IMG/VR virus record: IMGVR_UViG_3300009678_000041
Span: 1 to 32,705 of that record
Strand: one strand, 5' to 3'
DNA length: 32,705 nt
From: a virus
Lineage: Duplodnaviria > Caudoviricetes
Made by a program: the position numbers and the translations under genes. The notes beneath the pieces were generated by a model. It saw only the letters and a program-made list of their open reading frames with translations, did no database searches and was not told the origin of the DNA. Positions 27,834 to 32,705 of the stretch are shown piece after piece (the stretch's first letter is position 1; every line of letters starts with the position of its first letter).

Positions 27834-28279
27834 GATTGTCTGTGATATTTAAAACTTCTGTTAATAGTATCCATTATTTGATTTACTACACCACCACATC
27901 TACATGCTGTTAATCTCTTATTAAACAGACTGTTATATAAAGCAAATAATGGTGCAATATCTGCATCAGCTATGTAACCTGGTCTGATGTTTAATCTTTG
28001 CATAAACAATCCTTCTTCTTCTGTTACATCTCTACTTAATTCAAGATAACTGAATTGTCTATTAAGGATTTCTTTTCTTTTTATACATGCTTCACATTGC
28101 TTAATACCCAAGGCACCAGTAATCTTTGCAATAGTATCACCCAATCCTGCAGATGGAGAGTCAACTGACTTTTCTTTCAGTTCATCTATTCTTATTAACT
28201 CTGGTTGTACCACAGGTATATCCTCAGGAGGTGTTTGTTTAACAGCAGGCTTTGCTGCTGGTTTCTTTGGACTTTTCAT
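27830..28279 (-). CDS. Hypothetical protein with Cys pairs (possible Zn-binding)
   Basis: GLGDTIAKIT...CEACIKRK..LN and CRC motifs. Confidence 0.7.
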   Translation of the reverse strand: MKSPKKPAAKPAVKQTPPEDIPVVQPELIRIDELKEKSVDSPSAGLGDTIAKITGALGIKQCEACIKRKEILNRQFSYLELSRDVTEEEGLFMQRLNIRPGYIADADIAPLFALYNSLFNKRLTACRCGGVVNQIMDTINRSFKYHRQS

Positions 28280-28736
28280 AATCTTGTTTTATTAATTGTT
28301 TGATATACTTTACTCTTGAAATTACATGATATAATCTAAGACCCATTTCTCTTGATATTTTTCTCTGGGAGAAACCTCTTGTAAAATGCAGGGTGAATAT
28401 CTGTTTATCTGCTTCATCTAATCCATGTAATATCTTCTTGGTTAGACTTAGTTGATTATCATGGTCACCTTCAACATAAGTATTATCATCCTCTTTGTCT
28501 AAAGACAAATTAAATCCCTCATGTTTGCTTTCTGCTTTCACAAAACTAATATATCTATTTTTTAGAGCCATAAATATGTAATTATCTGTGACATTATTAA
28601 TGTCAAATTTAGTCAATAGCTCAAGAAGCACTATGTGTAGCACCTCTTCAGCTATAAACTTATTACCTTTAGAAATAACTAAGGCAAGTTTCAGCCATCT
28701 ATTATATGTCTGTCTTACCATTTCCACGTTTATCAC
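28239..28736 (-). CDS. ECF-like RNA polymerase sigma factor
   Basis: Region 2-like AEEVLH...YIFMALKNRYI and region 4 HTH LDEADKQIF...GFSQRKISREMGL. Confidence 0.7.
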   Translation of the reverse strand: MINVEMVRQTYNRWLKLALVISKGNKFIAEEVLHIVLLELLTKFDINNVTDNYIFMALKNRYISFVKAESKHEGFNLSLDKEDDNTYVEGDHDNQLSLTKKILHGLDEADKQIFTLHFTRGFSQRKISREMGLRLYHVISRVKYIKQLIKQDYEKSKETSSKACC

Positions 28737-28947
28737 TTTCCTCTCTTACTTTTGCCTTCAGGTCACCAAGAGATATGTTATATACCATTCCACCTAAATC
28801 AAAATGTAGTATCATATCATCTGTAATACCCTCCATTTCTTCTTTAGGAGTTATTACTAGGAAATGCACATACAATTTAATATGTGCATCATCAGGATTT
28901 TGTCTAACATAATCCTCTATTGTATATTCATTATTCATAATATCCAT
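28702..28947 (-). CDS. Hypothetical protein
   Basis: 81 aa, tightly packed in the operon; start uncertain. Confidence 0.55.
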   Translation of the reverse strand: MDIMNNEYTIEDYVRQNPDDAHIKLYVHFLVITPKEEMEGITDDMILHFDLGGMVYNISLGDLKAKVREESDKRGNGKTDI

Positions 28948-29353
28948 ATTTATTAAGTTGTTTCAATTTAAAATCATTATAGAATTCTTCCATAGAACAA
29001 AGTGTTCTTTGAACTTCTATCCTTGTATTGTGTTCTGTGAGATATAACTCTGCATATCCTGCAAAGATGTTAAATTGACACACTACAACTTTATCCAGTA
29101 ATTCAAGCACTTCAAATTCATCTTCCTTTAGAGCATACACAAATATGTCTTTTATACTTGACATAAAACAATCTGCAATACCTGTTATAGTATTTGGTTT
29201 ACCATATTTCTTAAATACTAAACTGCTCTGTACTAAGAAGTCTAACTCCTCAGTGTAGAAATCTCTTATGTTCAGCACTTTTGGTTTTGGTATTACCATG
29301 AGCTTCAGTATCTCTCTGAAGTTTTTCCAATTATTAATTTCATTTCTTAACAT
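28931..29353 (-). CDS. Hypothetical protein
   Basis: 140 aa, packed between its neighbours on the same strand. Confidence 0.65.
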   Translation of the reverse strand: MLRNEINNWKNFREILKLMVIPKPKVLNIRDFYTEELDFLVQSSLVFKKYGKPNTITGIADCFMSSIKDIFVYALKEDEFEVLELLDKVVVCQFNIFAGYAELYLTEHNTRIEVQRTLCSMEEFYNDFKLKQLNKYGYYE

Positions 29354-29359
29354 GACAAA

Positions 29360-29860
29360 CTATATTACATGTTTCCACTTCTTTTTTAACTTAATATTGC
29401 TTATTGCTGTTGTACCAACACCAAAGTCTTCTGCAATATCTTTAATCTTTACATTGTTTTTTAAGTCCTCTCTTATGAGCTGTACTTGATATTCTGTGAG
29501 TTTTGCTTGTGGATGATTCTCTCCTTTAACCAAGAGATTGTTCTTAACAGCATGAGTCATGTTCTCTTGATGTGTACACCATTCCACATTCTCAAAGTAG
29601 TTATTATCTTTCACACCATCTTTATGATTAATGCAGGGTTTATTGAAAGGATTAGGAACAAAAGCATATCCAACCATTCTGTGTAGTTTAACTTGTTTTG
29701 CTTCTTTATCAATACATAGAGTAGCAATCAGATAACCATCTTTATCATGGTGTGCTGTTATAATGTTTCCTGTTACTATATTGAGTAACTTTCCTCTATT
29801 ACTTACTCTATAGTTTTCAAAACCATCTAAAGGTATATCTTTGAATATCTCTCTTTTCAT
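29360..29860 (-). CDS. NUMOD4-HNH homing endonuclease
   Basis: YRVSNRG (NUMOD4), HRMVGYAF, INHKDGVKDNN..ENVEWCT..EN..H, plus a C-terminal HTH. Confidence 0.9.
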   Translation of the reverse strand: MKREIFKDIPLDGFENYRVSNRGKLLNIVTGNIITAHHDKDGYLIATLCIDKEAKQVKLHRMVGYAFVPNPFNKPCINHKDGVKDNNYFENVEWCTHQENMTHAVKNNLLVKGENHPQAKLTEYQVQLIREDLKNNVKIKDIAEDFGVGTTAISNIKLKKKWKHVI

Positions 29861-29862
29861 GA

Positions 29863-30021
29863 CTATTTCCTATCAGGTAGTTTACATATTCTCATTAACT
29901 CTGGTGTAGGACTTGTAACTGTAAGGTTTAATCCTTCCAAAATTAGTTTAACCTCTTTAAGGGTTCTTACTTTTTCCCAGTCTATCACATAGACAATAGG
30001 TTTTTCAATTTGAGTTTCCAT
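29863..30021 (-). CDS. 52-aa hypothetical protein
   Basis: METQIEKPIVYVIDWEKVRTLKEVKLILEGLNLTVTSPTPELMRICKLPDRK fills the gap between two genes; A-rich start context. Confidence 0.65.
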   Translation of the reverse strand: METQIEKPIVYVIDWEKVRTLKEVKLILEGLNLTVTSPTPELMRICKLPDRK

Positions 30022-30032
30022 AATTATTTGAT

Positions 30033-30770
30033 TTATAGTTCCATTGGTTCTACAATAGGTAGTTTACCATTATTTAATACTACACCACATGATATAACAG
30101 GTTTAGGAAAATCATAAGCATATGCCATTGCATAACTCTTATGGTCAATTCCACATCCCACATTCATACCAAAGATTTTATAATGTCTTCCAACATACCA
30201 TTGTATGCCTGCTTTAGTATGCAAATGACCTGATACAACACTGTTCAGGTCTCTTTTTGCTCTTGTATACGCATCAACTGTTCCATGTGTATAAAATACA
30301 CCATCAATCTCTACACTATCTACAAAAGTCCATCCTGGAGTACCTAGTGCATCATTGAAATCTTTTATCCAATGCTGTGATAGTCCTGCAGTTTGTGCTT
30401 TACGCATTATAATTTTATCATGATTTCCAATGGTTACATATGCAGTAGGGAAAGCTTTGTACCATTGTTGTATTTTGCTGATAGCAAGACTAAGTTCATG
30501 TCCTGCATTAAATCCATCAGGATTAGTTTCGTGATAACTTGAGGAATTGTTATCTATAATATCTCCAATAAATACAACCTTGTTGCATTTATATTTTTTG
30601 TAAATGCTTTTGCAAAAAGCAAGGTACCCATCTAATGTAAAAGGTTCATGTAAATCACCAATTATCAACACTCTAAACTCCTTACCCTCCTCATTTGTAG
30701 TTCTCCTCACCACAACTTCCTTACTGGAAAGCTTGAATGAGTTATAAATTACTTCTTTTTGATTACTCAT
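30033..30770 (-). CDS. Calcineurin-like metallophosphoesterase
   Basis: GDLH, IGDIID, GNHD, HG and GHLH motifs in canonical order. Confidence 0.9.
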   Translation of the reverse strand: MSNQKEVIYNSFKLSSKEVVVRRTTNEEGKEFRVLIIGDLHEPFTLDGYLAFCKSIYKKYKCNKVVFIGDIIDNNSSSYHETNPDGFNAGHELSLAISKIQQWYKAFPTAYVTIGNHDKIIMRKAQTAGLSQHWIKDFNDALGTPGWTFVDSVEIDGVFYTHGTVDAYTRAKRDLNSVVSGHLHTKAGIQWYVGRHYKIFGMNVGCGIDHKSYAMAYAYDFPKPVISCGVVLNNGKLPIVEPMEL

Positions 30771-30794
30771 TGTATTAATTTTAAATTGTTAGTA

Positions 30795-30825
30795 TAAAGA
30801 TACGTATTTTTTCTGACAAATACAA
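30795..30825 (-). promoter_or_regulatory. Bacteroidota-type promoter
   Basis: TTG, 20-nt spacer, TATCTTTA upstream of the phosphoesterase gene. Confidence 0.6.
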
Positions 30826-30832
30826 CTTGTCA

Positions 30833-31294
30833 TTAATATAAATACATAGTTCCTCCTATAAATACTCTGTCATATAAAGGTTTTGCAGGTACATTGTTAT
30901 TCATGATAATAATATCATCAATGGTTCCTGTACCTTCTATGATTAATAATACATCTGTAGCATCCTCATATAAGAACTTTTCTGTTAGAATAGCATGAGA
31001 ATAACCATTGTTGTTTTTACTAAGGAAATAAAGTAGTTTTTTGCTGAATAGTTTTCTATCACCATGTATAGGCATAGTGTAGATTTTAAGAGTGCTTAAA
31101 TCTTTAGATTTTACCTCAATAGTAAATCTTTGTTTACTAGGAGATTTTTCTTTATTAAAGATAGGACCTATAGGAATAACAGTTGTTTCTTTAATAACTA
31201 AAGGATTTTGACCAGTAGTATAAGTTGTTTGTTGATACAAAGAACAAGAGGTCAATAAGAAAGCAACTGCAAGGATTATAAATAAAGTTTTCAT
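30833..31294 (-). CDS. Lipoprotein of unknown function
   Basis: Signal peptidase II signal MKTLFIILAVAFLLTS-C. Confidence 0.75.
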   Translation of the reverse strand: MKTLFIILAVAFLLTSCSLYQQTTYTTGQNPLVIKETTVIPIGPIFNKEKSPSKQRFTIEVKSKDLSTLKIYTMPIHGDRKLFSKKLLYFLSKNNNGYSHAILTEKFLYEDATDVLLIIEGTGTIDDIIIMNNNVPAKPLYDRVFIGGTMYLY

Positions 31295-31322
31295 GATGGG
31301 ATGTTTTTATTGTTAATGGTAT

Positions 31323-31331
31323 GTAAAGATA
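31323..31331 (-). promoter_or_regulatory. -7 promoter element TATCTTTAC
   Basis: Upstream of the lipoprotein gene; same 9-mer at 31987-31995; no clear -33 TTTG. Confidence 0.5.
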
Positions 31332-31375
31332 ATACAAATACTTGTATAAAAAAATATTTTATAGTATTATTTTAT

Positions 31376-31428
31376 AAAATAAAGCTGCACTAACTATTAA
31401 GGCATCCCTTCCTCATAATTAGTGCAGC
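31376..31428 (-). terminator. Long hairpin with U-rich tail
   Basis: GCTGCACTAATTAT...ATAGTTAGTGCAGC followed by TTTATTTT on the minus strand. Confidence 0.65.
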
Positions 31429-31515
31429 ATTACAACAATAATAACCAATAAACAATCGAGCAACACACTACTAATCTACAAAATGGCAGTAAAATAGATT
31501 AGTATATATAGAGTA

Positions 31516-31965
31516 TTAAGTAACAAGGTTCTTTGCAACTATACCTCTTAATTCAGGATGTTTAAACTGAATATTATGTTTTTTACATCCATCTTGAAGT
31601 ATCTGTCTAACTCTTTCACAACTCAAACCAATATTCTTAGCAAGAGTACAATAATTTTTATATTCTGTAGCATTACCTACAGCATCAATATACACAACAA
31701 TTCTTTTCTTTCTAAGGAGAATATTCTTTTGTGCTTCTAAGTCCTTAGTTATTTCTCCTTTGGTCTTAGGAGACCATGATTCTATAGTTCTCTTATGAGT
31801 ATTATAGAACTCTTTGGTAACCATTCTATACTTTCTTTTGATAATACTGTCTCTATTTAATCCTTTTCCAGGTATCTGCTTAGTATTTATAAATCTACTA
31901 CAATCTTGAATAGATATAAATTCTCTAAATATGGTACCATCTAAGTTAAGTAATAATATTGACAT
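31516..31965 (-). CDS. Basic putative DNA-binding protein (NUMOD1/HTH-like repeats)
   Basis: LDGTIFREFISIQDCSRF and EYKNYCTLAKNIGLSCERVRQIL; no nuclease catalytic motif visible. Confidence 0.55.
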   Translation of the reverse strand: MSILLLNLDGTIFREFISIQDCSRFINTKQIPGKGLNRDSIIKRKYRMVTKEFYNTHKRTIESWSPKTKGEITKDLEAQKNILLRKKRIVVYIDAVGNATEYKNYCTLAKNIGLSCERVRQILQDGCKKHNIQFKHPELRGIVAKNLVT

Positions 31966-31986
31966 AGTTTCTTTCTGTTTCTGATA

Positions 31987-32019
31987 GTAAAGATACTAAA
32001 AGTTTGCATTATTACCAAA
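31987..32019 (-). promoter_or_regulatory. Bacteroidota-type promoter
   Basis: TTTG (32016-32019), 20-nt spacer, TATCTTTAC (31987-31995). Confidence 0.7.
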
Positions 32020-32036
32020 AAAATAATATAAATTAT

Positions 32037-32705
32037 TTATGGAAAAGCAAATCTCATCATCATTGTTCCTGATTTTGTTGGAAAGAGATTATTTCCAGAA
32101 CCTGCATTATACAATTGAAGAATTTGATCTTGTGTCAATAATTGATTTCTTATTCCAATCAAATCATATAATCCACTAGCTCTTTGTGTTGCAGGAGTTA
32201 CAAGTGTTCCAACTTCAAGTCCTCCATTTCTAGGTATCATTCCAGCATATGTTCCTAAAGCTTCAAGAGTATTTCCTGATTGTTGAACACCATTATGATA
32301 AATTTGGATATTTGCAGCACTTGAATTATTTTCTTTATTTATAACAATATGTTGCCAAGTATTATCAATCATTGGAGCAGTAGTTGTAAGTGCTCCTATA
32401 TAATTTGAAGCATCTATTGTAAAAAATCTAGCTCTTATATTAATTGAATGACTAATAAACCATTCTCTGTCATTAGCTGCTATACCTGTTGCAAATATAC
32501 CTTCTTGTGTTCCTGAAGCAATACCAGAAGGATTAATCCAAAATGATATACTAAATTGAGTATTTGGAAATGAAAGATAAGGAAAAGGTGCTGTTCTTCC
32601 AATATAAGCTGTAGGTGAAATTGTTGCAGCTTGACCTATCTTTCCTGCAGCTCCAACTAAAGGAGTTCCTGCTAATACATTTAAATTAATTCCACTTGCT
32701 GTACT
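32037..32705 (-). CDS. LamG-like virion protein, 3' part (continuation of 1..1656)
   Basis: Open in frame from the window end: FSISFWINP...WQHIVI...IYHNGVQ...QILQLYN (third LamG-like unit). Confidence 0.88.
   Translation of the reverse strand, partial: STASGINLNVLAGTPLVGAAGKIGQAATISPTAYIGRTAPFPYLSFPNTQFSISFWINPSGIASGTQEGIFATGIAANDREWFISHSINIRARFFTIDASNYIGALTTTAPMIDNTWQHIVINKENNSSAANIQIYHNGVQQSGNTLEALGTYAGMIPRNGGLEVGTLVTPATQRASGLYDLIGIRNQLLTQDQILQLYNAGSGNNLFPTKSGTMMMRFAFP
32583..32705. repeat. Terminal direct repeat, copy 2
   Basis: Identical to 1-123. Confidence 0.97.

Noticed and set aside
29360-29860. Intron- or intein-encoded endonuclease
   Set aside because: It is free-standing with its own start and stop between intact ORFs; terL and the other core genes appear uninterrupted.
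32037-32372. Independent 111-aa gene
   Set aside because: It is the C-terminus of the 733-aa LamG ORF that crosses the join.
32583-32705. 123-bp terminal repeat as a biological DTR, LTR or att site
   Set aside because: It falls in the middle of a coding sequence and is an exact overlap typical of assembling a circular or permuted genome.
1-32705. tRNA genes or stop-codon reassignment
   Set aside because: No cloverleaf or T-loop motif noticed in intergenic DNA, and standard code 11 gives dense, full-length genes.

Overview
The window looks like a complete circular tailed-phage genome of about 32,582 bp. Positions 1-123 are identical to 32583-32705, and a 733-aa triple LamG-like gene reads in frame across the join. 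It is AT-rich and strongly CpG-depleted. TAnnTTT(G/A) promoters and A-rich starts without Shine-Dalgarno sites point to a Bacteroidota (Flavobacteria-like) host. Almost all genes are on the minus strand and encode a siphovirus-like virion and packaging kit: terS, terL, a tail chaperone with a -1 frameshift, tail terminator, tail proteins, tape measure, XkdF protease/scaffold, capsid, tail tube, portal, connector and fibres. I recognise no DNA polymerase, primase, helicase, integrase, repressor or endolysin. The only replication candidate is a divergent plus-strand cassette with three 22-bp palindromic iteron-like repeats, an AT-rich tract and a RepL-like gene. The most striking features are (i) a tail-terminator domain fused to about 1,400 aa of shuffled Cys-paired modules, (ii) the plasmid-like minimal replicon, (iii) two promoter classes plus a phage sigma factor, and (iv) unannotated micro-ORFs, including a 28-aa Lys-rich peptide. 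All protein calls come from motif recognition by eye; no database searches were run.
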